From IMG/VR virus record IMGVR_UViG_3300044657_000181, positions 1-36,934 of that record: a DNA stretch of 36,934 bases; one strand, written 5' to 3'. Source of the stretch: a virus (taxonomy: Duplodnaviria; Caudoviricetes). Position 1 is the stretch's first letter. Every line of letters begins with the position of its first letter. A model generated the notes under the pieces. That model was not told the origin of the DNA, did not search any database, and was given only the letters and a program-made list of their open reading frames with translations. Below, piece after piece: positions 26,664 to 34,833 of the stretch. The position numbers and the translations under genes were made by a program.

Positions 26664-27468
26664 CTTTCAACTTCTTCATAGCTTTAATTTCAACTACAGA
26701 ACCAATTATTTCAGACGGCTCTTGAAAGTACTTAGTGCGTTCTTTATGAGTCATACAGCCAGCACCTACTTCATGAATTACACCTTTTTCGTCTAAGCAG
26801 CGTAGTTTACCAACCATACCTTCATGGTCTCCTTGGCCTTCTACTACACCCTTAACTAGCATCTCTACGGTCACTTCTTCCTTGATTTTCATTAGGGTTG
26901 GAATGCGTTTTCCCGCTTCATATAATGCGTTAATATCCTTTAAAATAAGCCCCTCCCCGCCACGAGATTGAACTTTTTGGGCCATGGCTTGCCATTCATC
27001 AGGGTTATTAGAAACGCCTAAAATAGGTGACATACGGACTTCTGGTAGACCTATTCTAGCTACTATTTCTTGGGCGAACTCGTAGCGTCTATAAGCTGGC
27101 ATAGTGCATAACTGAAAGTTCGGTATGAAGTCGTGTACCATTAAGTAAACATCTTCGGCTTGTTCGAACTTACGATTTAGTATCCCGTTTAACTCATGGA
27201 ACCTGTCTACTTCATAACCTTCAATCATAATCTCAAAGATTAATCTACCTTTTACATCGGGTCTATGTTGTCGAATTAAGTCAGAAAGCTCTTTAACTGC
27301 TGGTATCTCTCTTAACTGTCTAGAGTGAATTACACAACTAGGGAAGTCTAGATAGCCAAACCAACCATCATGTTTTTCGAACATCATACTGTTGTTTATA
27401 ACAGGCTTCTTCTTATCTAGCTCTAAGTATAGATGTTTAGCTTTTTGTATACCCATCATATTACTCAT
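26596..27468 (-). CDS. ATP-dependent DNA ligase (minimal phage type)
   Basis: Motif I EKHDG, motif IV GEGLILK, motif V LMKIK, motif VI REPRFKAIRFDK. Confidence 0.93.
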   Translation of the reverse strand: MSNMMGIQKAKHLYLELDKKKPVINNSMMFEKHDGWFGYLDFPSCVIHSRQLREIPAVKELSDLIRQHRPDVKGRLIFEIMIEGYEVDRFHELNGILNRKFEQAEDVYLMVHDFIPNFQLCTMPAYRRYEFAQEIVARIGLPEVRMSPILGVSNNPDEWQAMAQKVQSRGGEGLILKDINALYEAGKRIPTLMKIKEEVTVEMLVKGVVEGQGDHEGMVGKLRCLDEKGVIHEVGAGCMTHKERTKYFQEPSEIIGSVVEIKAMKKLKDGKYREPRFKAIRFDKEEHELG

Positions 27469-27640
27469 GCGTAAGTTCCTTAATGATTAGTTTATGAAAT
27501 CGTTTAGGTATGGCCCACTCGGTGAGCACTACTCGTAGTTTACGCTTAGCTACACGCATAGTTACATCACCTACATCAACTCTCATTACTGTAACTGATT
27601 GACCATCTTCTGATTCGTTTACCGGAATTAAAAATATCAT
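27461..27640 (-). CDS. 59 aa hypothetical protein; not in the ORF track
   Basis: Manually translated: MIFLIPVNESEDGQSVTVMRVDVGDVTMRVAKRKLRVVLTEWAIPKRFHKLIIKELTHE. Start overlaps the exonuclease stop (TAATG) and the end overlaps the ligase start. Confidence 0.65.
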   Translation of the reverse strand: MIFLIPVNESEDGQSVTVMRVDVGDVTMRVAKRKLRVVLTEWAIPKRFHKLIIKELTHE

Positions 27641-28638
27641 TATAATCGTCCATTTGATAGTAGTTTGAATTCTTCACTGATAGCCCATTGTTTACTAGTT
27701 GGTTCTATCTTTATACCTGACTCACGGAAGAAATCTATTACGTCCCATAAGTTAGTATTGCGTTGCATCCATAATAAGTAACCTTGCTCTACTAAACGTT
27801 CTTTCGCATGTACTCCGTAATACTCATAGTAAGCTTGAAATACTTTTTGTGCTGCCTCTGTGTCAGAAGTTACACCATCTAGTATGGCTACTGCTTTAGC
27901 TTCGCCACAGGCACCTGAACCTACCTTACGAGGTTTACCACTTTTTAGTGGTTGGTAACGGTCTAGTGTTGCGTTAGAGATTTTCTCTAATCCTGGTATG
28001 TTATCTGCTTTATCACCCATAATTAGTTGATGCCAGAACCAACTTGTTCCTTCTCCTACTAATTTAGGCTTAACATTACCTACTTCGCGGTACTCTGTTT
28101 TACCGAATCCGTCTACAAGCCATTGTCGGCCTGTCTTAGGGTCTGCATGGTAACCTTGTACCATCCATAAATCTTTATCACCTGACATAAGGATAGAGTC
28201 TTTCACTCGTCCCTCTGCTATCATCTTCTCTTGTTCTCGACACATTAAGTCGTCTGCTTCGAAGAAATGACCTACTATAACTTTAATATGATCTGATTCA
28301 TAATTTGCTAGTAGATGACGCAACTCTCTCACTCGCACTTTAATAGGTGCGTCGGGGTCACGGTTTTCTTGGTATGGCTTTACTGTAGCCATAGTGTCAC
28401 GACCTGATTTATAACCAAGTGTGATGAAACAATTTATCTTACCTGCACCTGCTGTAACACGTTTCATGTTCAGTAAGTCTAGCAGATTCTTCATATTATT
28501 TGCTGCTGGAACTTCTAGGTCTGCTACTTCATAACACGCGAAGTCAGCATCAAATTGAAGTACTCGGGAAGCATGAACCTTTCGATTCAAGTTCCCCGAA
28601 GCCTTAGCAGCAACGTTTCCGATTGCTGTTAAGTCCAT
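27640..28638 (-). CDS. 5'-3' exonuclease / flap endonuclease (T7 gp6-like)
   Basis: FDADF, PYQENR, FEADD, SGDKDL and MGDKADNIPG motifs. Confidence 0.92.
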   Translation of the reverse strand: MDLTAIGNVAAKASGNLNRKVHASRVLQFDADFACYEVADLEVPAANNMKNLLDLLNMKRVTAGAGKINCFITLGYKSGRDTMATVKPYQENRDPDAPIKVRVRELRHLLANYESDHIKVIVGHFFEADDLMCREQEKMIAEGRVKDSILMSGDKDLWMVQGYHADPKTGRQWLVDGFGKTEYREVGNVKPKLVGEGTSWFWHQLIMGDKADNIPGLEKISNATLDRYQPLKSGKPRKVGSGACGEAKAVAILDGVTSDTEAAQKVFQAYYEYYGVHAKERLVEQGYLLWMQRNTNLWDVIDFFRESGIKIEPTSKQWAISEEFKLLSNGRL

Positions 28639-28639
28639 A

Positions 28640-29395
28640 TTAGTCGTCCAAATTAGGTAAATCAGCTGGCGCGTCGTCTTCTAGAGATACATGCTCTTGT
28701 GTTAATGCTTGAACTGTAGAACCTTCCCATTCAATGTTAGCCATGATGGTTTCTTGAATCCAATTTTTAGATACTTCTTTACCTGCTTCATTAGTTCGAG
28801 TTCCGTCGATGTAGATAGATTCCCACATACTAACGATTTGTTCGTCTGTTAAACCGTCAGCTTCCCATAGGAATACTTTAGGTGTACCATCTAACTCTGG
28901 TACTGGTACTGGCGTCGATGTACCTGCAATAGGGTCTTTCATTACCGCTTCTGCGAACGACCATGCACCATCTACATCTAGGTTGGCATATTTCTTACCT
29001 TCGTACTCAGTATGATATACTTGACCAATCATTGGTTTGTCAATCATTTGTACGAAGTGATGATAACCACCACCTAATGCACGATTCATTGCTTTGAATA
29101 AAGGCATATACTTACCTTTATCTGAGTATGTCTTATTTACTCGTACTGTAATCTTCTGAGGTACTTTCTTACCTTCGATTTCAATTAAGTGATCAGGATG
29201 TGATAACTCAAATGTTAATAACACTTTAAGGCTAGGCTTATGTGTTGGGTTCTTTGCCTCATGACGACCTGTTTCAATGTAGTCTACTAATCGTAATAAT
29301 GCTACACCTGCACGAGGTAGTTCACGGGTTGTTTTACGTTCTACAGTCAAGTCTTCTGATGTTGCTGCTGCTTGACCAATTGCGGAGTAATCCAT
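28640..29395 (-). CDS. Conserved replication-module protein, putative single-stranded DNA-binding protein
   Basis: 251 aa between polymerase and exonuclease; beta-rich core (LVDYIETGRH...LLTFEL); acidic C-terminal tail EDDAPADLPNLDD. Confidence 0.55.
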   Translation of the reverse strand: MDYSAIGQAAATSEDLTVERKTTRELPRAGVALLRLVDYIETGRHEAKNPTHKPSLKVLLTFELSHPDHLIEIEGKKVPQKITVRVNKTYSDKGKYMPLFKAMNRALGGGYHHFVQMIDKPMIGQVYHTEYEGKKYANLDVDGAWSFAEAVMKDPIAGTSTPVPVPELDGTPKVFLWEADGLTDEQIVSMWESIYIDGTRTNEAGKEVSKNWIQETIMANIEWEGSTVQALTQEHVSLEDDAPADLPNLDD

Positions 29396-29396
29396 A

Positions 29397-29831
29397 TTAT
29401 GTTCTCTTTTCTTTAATAAATTGTTTAGCGTCGTCTTCCGTTTTAAATGATTGTTGGAATCTCTCGCCGTTGATTGTTATGTCAGCTCGCCAAGGACTCT
29501 TACGTCCCTTAACGAATGAGTAGCATTTAGCTCCTCTGTTCTGACAGTTGGTTGCTGATGAAACATCTTGTAGATTTGTCCATCTGTTATCGTGTCTAAC
29601 ACGATTCTTGTGGTCTACTTCTCCTTTAGGCATTTCACCTGTCATATAAAGGAAAGCTAACCTATGTGCTTTGTCCCGATGACCACTCACAGAGAACACT
29701 ATGTAACCTTCTTTATTAGTTGTACATATTAGTGCTCCTACTGTGGAGTGTGGGACTGCTACGAGGCGTTTAAATACTCCAGTCTCTGGGTTGTACTTAA
29801 CGCATCTCTTTAGTTCTTCTTGTGTTATCAA
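29397..29831 (-). CDS. Free-standing HNH homing endonuclease
   Basis: YNPETGVF...AHRLAFLYMTG...VDHKNRVRHDNRWTNL, plus an AP2-like C-terminus (PWRADITING...FKTEDDA). Confidence 0.9.
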   Translation of the reverse strand: MITQEELKRCVKYNPETGVFKRLVAVPHSTVGALICTTNKEGYIVFSVSGHRDKAHRLAFLYMTGEMPKGEVDHKNRVRHDNRWTNLQDVSSATNCQNRGAKCYSFVKGRKSPWRADITINGERFQQSFKTEDDAKQFIKEKRT

Positions 29832-32140
29832 TGTAATACGCTCATTGTGTACATATCCGCACCCACTTCTGATTCACATGGGAATGGTACGTCTATTTCT
29901 AACTCTGGGTATGCTTCGTTGAACACTTCTGGTATTGACTCCAGTATCTTCTGTGACTCTCGAACAACGTCTTCAAATTTGTCTCCCTTACCGTCTAACC
30001 ATACACAGTCGTGTACAGTATTTACTAGTAAGATTTCTCCACCGAAGCGGTCGTTCTTAATCATATAACGGAATAGGACACCTAACATTGTCTGAACTAG
30101 CTCCCCACCGAATCCTTGCACAGGGTAGTTCTTACGTTCAGTTGGACTGAACCCTGTGTACTTACCGTGCTTGTGCATAAACTCAGGTGCGATTCCTTCT
30201 CTCCAGATATAGCGAGTGCCAGTAGGGCTATCCCAATGTGCTTCTCCCTGCTTAAATGCAACTCCCTCGATAAAGAGGTTGTTAGATGTTGGGATTCTAT
30301 TGGCGTTAATTTCTGCCTCAAGTCGTTGATCAAATTCTTTAACCAATGGATATAGTCGTTCTTCTGCTTCAATAAGAGCATCGACTTCACTTCGGGGCAT
30401 ACCAGTTTCATTTGCAATAGTATCTGCTCCTGCACCATAGGCTCGTTGGAATGAGAATATCTTTGCACCTGTTCGTCCTTTCTTGTATGTAGGGTCTTCT
30501 ACTTTATGACACATATCCCATACATGTTGATAGTCTTCACCTAACTTAGCTGCTAAACGTTTACAGTGGAAATCCACTCTGTCTCGTAAATCTTGTCTCA
30601 GGTTTGGATCGTTAGATAATACACCTTGTACTACAACTTCTAACTGGCTGTAGTCAATCTCAGCCATTCTTCCAACGTCTTTAAATCTGCTTCTAAACAA
30701 CTTCTTAACGTTCGATGTTTCTCCACGAGGTACATTCTGTAAGTTAGGGTCTGATGATGAAAGTCGAGAAGTAACTGTGGATGTGTGGTTGAGTTTATGG
30801 TGGATGATACCGGAATCGTTAAGCAGGCAAAGCATACCTTTACGCTTACCTTTCTTATCTTCTTTCCAGTAGTATGTTCCCAAGTCCTTGTCCATCCCTG
30901 TATGCTTAACAAGCGCTTTAGTGAAGGGTAAGCCTCGTTCAGCAAGTTTAGCAATGACCTTAGATCCTGTACCGTACAAGGGTTGGTCGTAAGCATCTGT
31001 TTGTTCTGTCCTCCACGCCCCATGTGGCTTAGTATATCCGTCAAACTTAAAGTAGTGCGGCTTCTGTGCACCTTTAGGCTTACTGGTATCTGGTTCTTTG
31101 GTATTCTTAAACTTCCCAAGTCCAGCACGTTTGCCAGATGCGTAGGTATCTTGTACTTTGTAATGCTTGCCATTATGTTCGAATGCTCCTTGACCTTCTG
31201 GTACTTCTAGTACGAATAGCTCACCTGCTTTCTTACACTCACCTTCTGGAACAGGTATGTTGTCGAATAGTGGACTACTTACTGTCTTCTGTGCGTATAA
31301 CACATTACCATCTTCGTCAGTATGTGCTACCCATTTCATGTACTTAACTACACCACCAAAGATTAGGCATGATTTATGTACATTACTAGCCCAGTTAAAA
31401 ACTAATTCTTCTGGTAGCTCTGGTATAAAAGAGTCTAACTCTTCTTTCGCTTTCTTTAAATCTTCTACTAGTTGTAACCGTTGTTGCTCACCAACGTTCT
31501 CGTCGGCGTATACTCCGTTGTATTCCATTTCACAGGTGGCTAATAAACCATCCATACGGAATTTTAACATTCTTCTGAATTCTTTCGGATGCTCTTCTTT
31601 CATCCGCTTTACTTGACCTGCAAATATCAACCATGTATTCATTACATCGCCAACGATTTCGTCTGTACCACATAAGTAGTCATGTAGTAGGTCTGGTGGT
31701 ATTTGACTGGTTAAGTACCCGTCTTCCCATAATTCTTTTACTGCGTCTATCTTACAACCACCGCCATATTGTTCTGCGATGGAGTTCATTGAACACATCT
31801 GTACGTCTGACGTATGACCACCCATTAAGTATTCTGCGTACTGCCCACAATAGATACGTGCACCACGTTTTAGTGCTGCTTGAAACGATGGACTATCCCA
31901 CACCCATAAGGCGTCGAACTTAACGTTGAATCCATTGATTATGTCGCCGTCTTCTAATTTGTCCCATTCGTCTTTCATGATGTCATCTCTATGCCATTCA
32001 TCTCTACGAATACTATGTACCTTTCCACCATTCCAATTCCAACCAGCTTCTACAATGTAGTTACGCTCGTCGAATGGTGACGCTTTTCGTTTATACTTAA
32101 TATGGTTTTCTGTTTCTAAATCGAATGTTAGTATCTTCAT
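29828..32140 (-). CDS. polA: Family A DNA polymerase with 3'-5' exonuclease
   Basis: ExoI FDLETE, ExoII GFNVKFD, TVTSRLSSSDPNLQN, motif A IDYSQLE, motif B RTGAKIFSFQRAYG, NYPVQG, motif C TVHDCV. Confidence 0.97.
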   Translation of the reverse strand: MKILTFDLETENHIKYKRKASPFDERNYIVEAGWNWNGGKVHSIRRDEWHRDDIMKDEWDKLEDGDIINGFNVKFDALWVWDSPSFQAALKRGARIYCGQYAEYLMGGHTSDVQMCSMNSIAEQYGGGCKIDAVKELWEDGYLTSQIPPDLLHDYLCGTDEIVGDVMNTWLIFAGQVKRMKEEHPKEFRRMLKFRMDGLLATCEMEYNGVYADENVGEQQRLQLVEDLKKAKEELDSFIPELPEELVFNWASNVHKSCLIFGGVVKYMKWVAHTDEDGNVLYAQKTVSSPLFDNIPVPEGECKKAGELFVLEVPEGQGAFEHNGKHYKVQDTYASGKRAGLGKFKNTKEPDTSKPKGAQKPHYFKFDGYTKPHGAWRTEQTDAYDQPLYGTGSKVIAKLAERGLPFTKALVKHTGMDKDLGTYYWKEDKKGKRKGMLCLLNDSGIIHHKLNHTSTVTSRLSSSDPNLQNVPRGETSNVKKLFRSRFKDVGRMAEIDYSQLEVVVQGVLSNDPNLRQDLRDRVDFHCKRLAAKLGEDYQHVWDMCHKVEDPTYKKGRTGAKIFSFQRAYGAGADTIANETGMPRSEVDALIEAEERLYPLVKEFDQRLEAEINANRIPTSNNLFIEGVAFKQGEAHWDSPTGTRYIWREGIAPEFMHKHGKYTGFSPTERKNYPVQGFGGELVQTMLGVLFRYMIKNDRFGGEILLVNTVHDCVWLDGKGDKFEDVVRESQKILESIPEVFNEAYPELEIDVPFPCESEVGADMYTMSVLH

Positions 32141-32170
32141 GTCATCGTAACCCTCCTCGGGTTGTGTGTT

Positions 32171-32267
32171 TGTTTAATTAAGTATGCACACTAAGAGGAA
32201 CTGCATCTTGGCGTCCGCTTACTATACACCCTACTATATACTCTTAACGTGCATACTTAATTAAACA
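32171..32267 (-). promoter_or_regulatory. 27-bp RNA stem with 43-nt loop upstream of the DNA polymerase (RNase III-site-like)
   Basis: Arms 32171-32197 and 32241-32267 pair fully on the minus-strand RNA, with 25 Watson-Crick and 2 G-U pairs. Confidence 0.7.
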
Positions 32268-32401
32268 GCGTTTTATCCTGCGCTACCAGCCCTGTTATAC
32301 TGCTCGGTCAGTTGCCTCTATACCGGATGGGCGTCCTAGTTCCGTGAGGTGGTCAAATCCTCAACTTATTTTATAGACTAGTTGACAAAGTCTATATTTC
32401 T

Positions 32402-32788
32402 CTACCAACGAGCTGCATACCCTCGGGTATCTACATGCACAAACCCATCTTTAGGATAGTAACCTATACCTAGTAGATTTGCATATGGCAGGCTTTTAAC
32501 TAATAGATGTAACTCTTTAGTTGTCATACCTTCCACTCGTATATCAGCTGCGTCTGATAGTGGGTCTTCTACAGTAGAACGATGTTCACTGTTCTTCGAC
32601 CCACCTACTTTCGCGTTGTACGCTGTGCACCGTGATGCTGAACTTATAATTACAGCAGCACCTTTAGCTTTCTCTTTAATATGTTCTAGAACGATAATTA
32701 AAGGAAGAGATAACCCACCCACTCCACAGCATGAGCATACGGACTTAGGGTCGCCAGACTCAGTAAAGTTAGCTGTTTCATACTTCAT
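32402..32788 (-). CDS. Peptidase M15 family endolysin (Zn peptidase)
   Basis: CSCCG, ISSASRCTAYNAKVGG..NSEH, DAADI and GFVHVDTRG motifs. Confidence 0.9.
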   Translation of the reverse strand: MKYETANFTESGDPKSVCSCCGVGGLSLPLIIVLEHIKEKAKGAAVIISSASRCTAYNAKVGGSKNSEHRSTVEDPLSDAADIRVEGMTTKELHLLVKSLPYANLLGIGYYPKDGFVHVDTRGYAARW

Positions 32789-33167
32789 ACTCTAATACCT
32801 TTCGCTCTTTGTCTAAATCGCGTTCAAATACATCTTTCTCGGTGAACTTGTCAGGGAATCTAGCCTTTAACTTAGCTATTACCCGTGCTTGTTCTGTTTC
32901 GAAGTCTGTACCAATTGCATCAAACAATATAGCTAGATACCATAAGATGTCACCTGCTTCTTCTTTAACGTTGGTTAAGTCTAGTTCTTTACCATAGAAA
33001 GTAGCTTTCTTAATGGCGTCTATTAACTCACCTGATTCTGTTACTAGACCAATAGCTGCATGTAGTAAACGCGGGTCTGGTTGGAAATAGTGAGGTGATT
33101 CAGTTCTGATTGCGTCTTGTATAAAATTACTCACAAGCCTTACACTCCCCTTTACTTGCTTGAACAC
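32778..33167 (-). CDS. mazG: MazG-like nucleoside triphosphate pyrophosphohydrolase
   Basis: GLVTESGELIDAIKK...KEEAGDILWY...AKLKARFP. Likely true start is GTG at 33134. Confidence 0.88.
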   Translation of the reverse strand: MFKQVKGSVRLVSNFIQDAIRTESPHYFQPDPRLLHAAIGLVTESGELIDAIKKATFYGKELDLTNVKEEAGDILWYLAILFDAIGTDFETEQARVIAKLKARFPDKFTEKDVFERDLDKERKVLEYEV

Positions 33168-34833
33168 CCGCTTGGGTTCTCATATAGTAAAGTCCTAATA
33201 TGTTTTCGTCCTCTAATGCTGCTTGATGAACTTCCATAATGTACTCTTCATCTTCGTCTGCATCGAAGAACACGTTTAATGATTGACCTTGACATATCTT
33301 AGGCGCTCTAGCAGATGCTAAGCGTATAATACTATGTTGGTCTATCTCGTATGCTGTTTTGAATACTTCTTTCTCGTGTTCACTTAACCAATCAAGGTGT
33401 TGAACTGATCCATCTGTGTTCATTGCTAAGTCTTCTATTAACTCGTCTGTAAACTTACCACGCTCTTTCGCTAACGCTAGGAACACTGGGTTTACTCTGT
33501 ATAGAAGTCCAGCAGAAGTTTGCTGGTTATAAAGGTTCGCTACTACAGGCTCGATACCTTGAGATACCCCACCACAAATCAATGCGTTAGTTGTCGTAGG
33601 TGCTACAGCAGTTCTGTGAGAGTTTCGTACTCCATACCCTTTACACCATTCTGGCTCCCCGAGTGCTTTAGCCATCCATTGAGAAGCTAGTAAAGTTTCT
33701 TTTTGTAGATGGTCAAATACTTCATGGTTTAACATGTGTGCTTCAAAAGATTCGAATGGAATCATACGTTGCTGCATGAGTGTGTGTAAACCCATTACAC
33801 CTAATCCTAAAGCTCTCGATTTCTCTGTAAATCTTACAGTCTTCTCGAAACCTTTAACACCTTTGGCGCGTTGGATAAACTCTTCTGCCACACAATCTAA
33901 GAATACTGTTGATACTTGTACCGCGTTTGTGTCTTTCCACTCGTCGTACATAGCCAAATTCATACTAGCTAACACACAGGTAAACGAATGCTCTAGGTCA
34001 CTTACTAAGTAAATTTCCATACATAAGTTACTTGCCTTAACTAATAAGTTATGGTCTTTATACATTTGTGGTCTAGCTCTATTTACCTTATCTATACAAA
34101 GTAAATAGCCTTTACCGGTAGCTGCTCTAACTTTCATAGCTCTAGCTAGCCTCTTACGAGCATCTTCGTCACCATCTCTACAACGATTCAAGAAAGCGTC
34201 TGTAACAACCCAACCTAAGTTAAGGTCATCAAAGTTACGTTCTAAGTAATTAACTACTTCATAGAAATCACCATGGTCAATAGGTAGATAACCTGCCCAC
34301 GCTCCACGTCGTGCTGTACCTTGAGCCACGTCACGCATGATTTGTACATACGATTTAATGACTGGTAGAACTCCAGATGATTTACCACCTACGCTAATAT
34401 AACTTCCGCGAGGTCTAATATCACCTAGATAACTAGATGTACCAAAACCATGCTTTGTTAACATAGCGAGTTCATGTGCTGAGGCGTAGAAAGAATCAAT
34501 TGAATCGTCTACTACCTGACCACTACATGATACAGGCATCCCACGGGTTGTTCCCATGTTAGCTAGTACAGGTGTTGATGCACCTAACCAACCTTTATTA
34601 AGCACCTTATAGAATTCCTTCGACCAGTAGTCCTCTGAACCTCTAGGCATATGCTTAGACGCTGCTTCTGCTATCCGTAGGAATGTGTCGTTAACACTCA
34701 ACCCTTCCCACTGGTACTTGTTCTTAAACATCTGGTAACCACCAGTTGTCATCCACTTAGGTACTTCACCTAGCTTCTGTAAAGCTTTTCGTTCAACACT
34801 AAGTTTTTCGTATTCGTTAACTGCTACTTCCAT
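33127..34833 (-). CDS. nrdA: Class I ribonucleotide reductase alpha subunit (short, no evident ATP cone)
   Basis: STPVLAN, PVSCS, RRGAWA, catalytic ASNLCME, AVAPT, QGQSLN, GLYYMR (two Tyr) and C-terminal CKACE. Confidence 0.95.
   Translation of the reverse strand: MEVAVNEYEKLSVERKALQKLGEVPKWMTTGGYQMFKNKYQWEGLSVNDTFLRIAEAASKHMPRGSEDYWSKEFYKVLNKGWLGASTPVLANMGTTRGMPVSCSGQVVDDSIDSFYASAHELAMLTKHGFGTSSYLGDIRPRGSYISVGGKSSGVLPVIKSYVQIMRDVAQGTARRGAWAGYLPIDHGDFYEVVNYLERNFDDLNLGWVVTDAFLNRCRDGDEDARKRLARAMKVRAATGKGYLLCIDKVNRARPQMYKDHNLLVKASNLCMEIYLVSDLEHSFTCVLASMNLAMYDEWKDTNAVQVSTVFLDCVAEEFIQRAKGVKGFEKTVRFTEKSRALGLGVMGLHTLMQQRMIPFESFEAHMLNHEVFDHLQKETLLASQWMAKALGEPEWCKGYGVRNSHRTAVAPTTTNALICGGVSQGIEPVVANLYNQQTSAGLLYRVNPVFLALAKERGKFTDELIEDLAMNTDGSVQHLDWLSEHEKEVFKTAYEIDQHSIIRLASARAPKICQGQSLNVFFDADEDEEYIMEVHQAALEDENILGLYYMRTQAGVQASKGECKACE

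Noticed and set aside
30097-31173. Same-strand alternative-frame ORFs of 123 and 177 aa inside polA
   Set aside because: No motifs or clear RBS, and polA is intact, so no intron or frameshift is needed; best explained by codon bias.
32330-32366. tRNA-like or ribozyme-like element (GGTCAAATCC)
   Set aside because: I could not build a cloverleaf or a complete hammerhead or HDV-like fold.
32382-32410. TTGACA as a sigma70 -35 box on the plus strand
   Set aside because: No -10 hexamer at 16-18 nt spacing.
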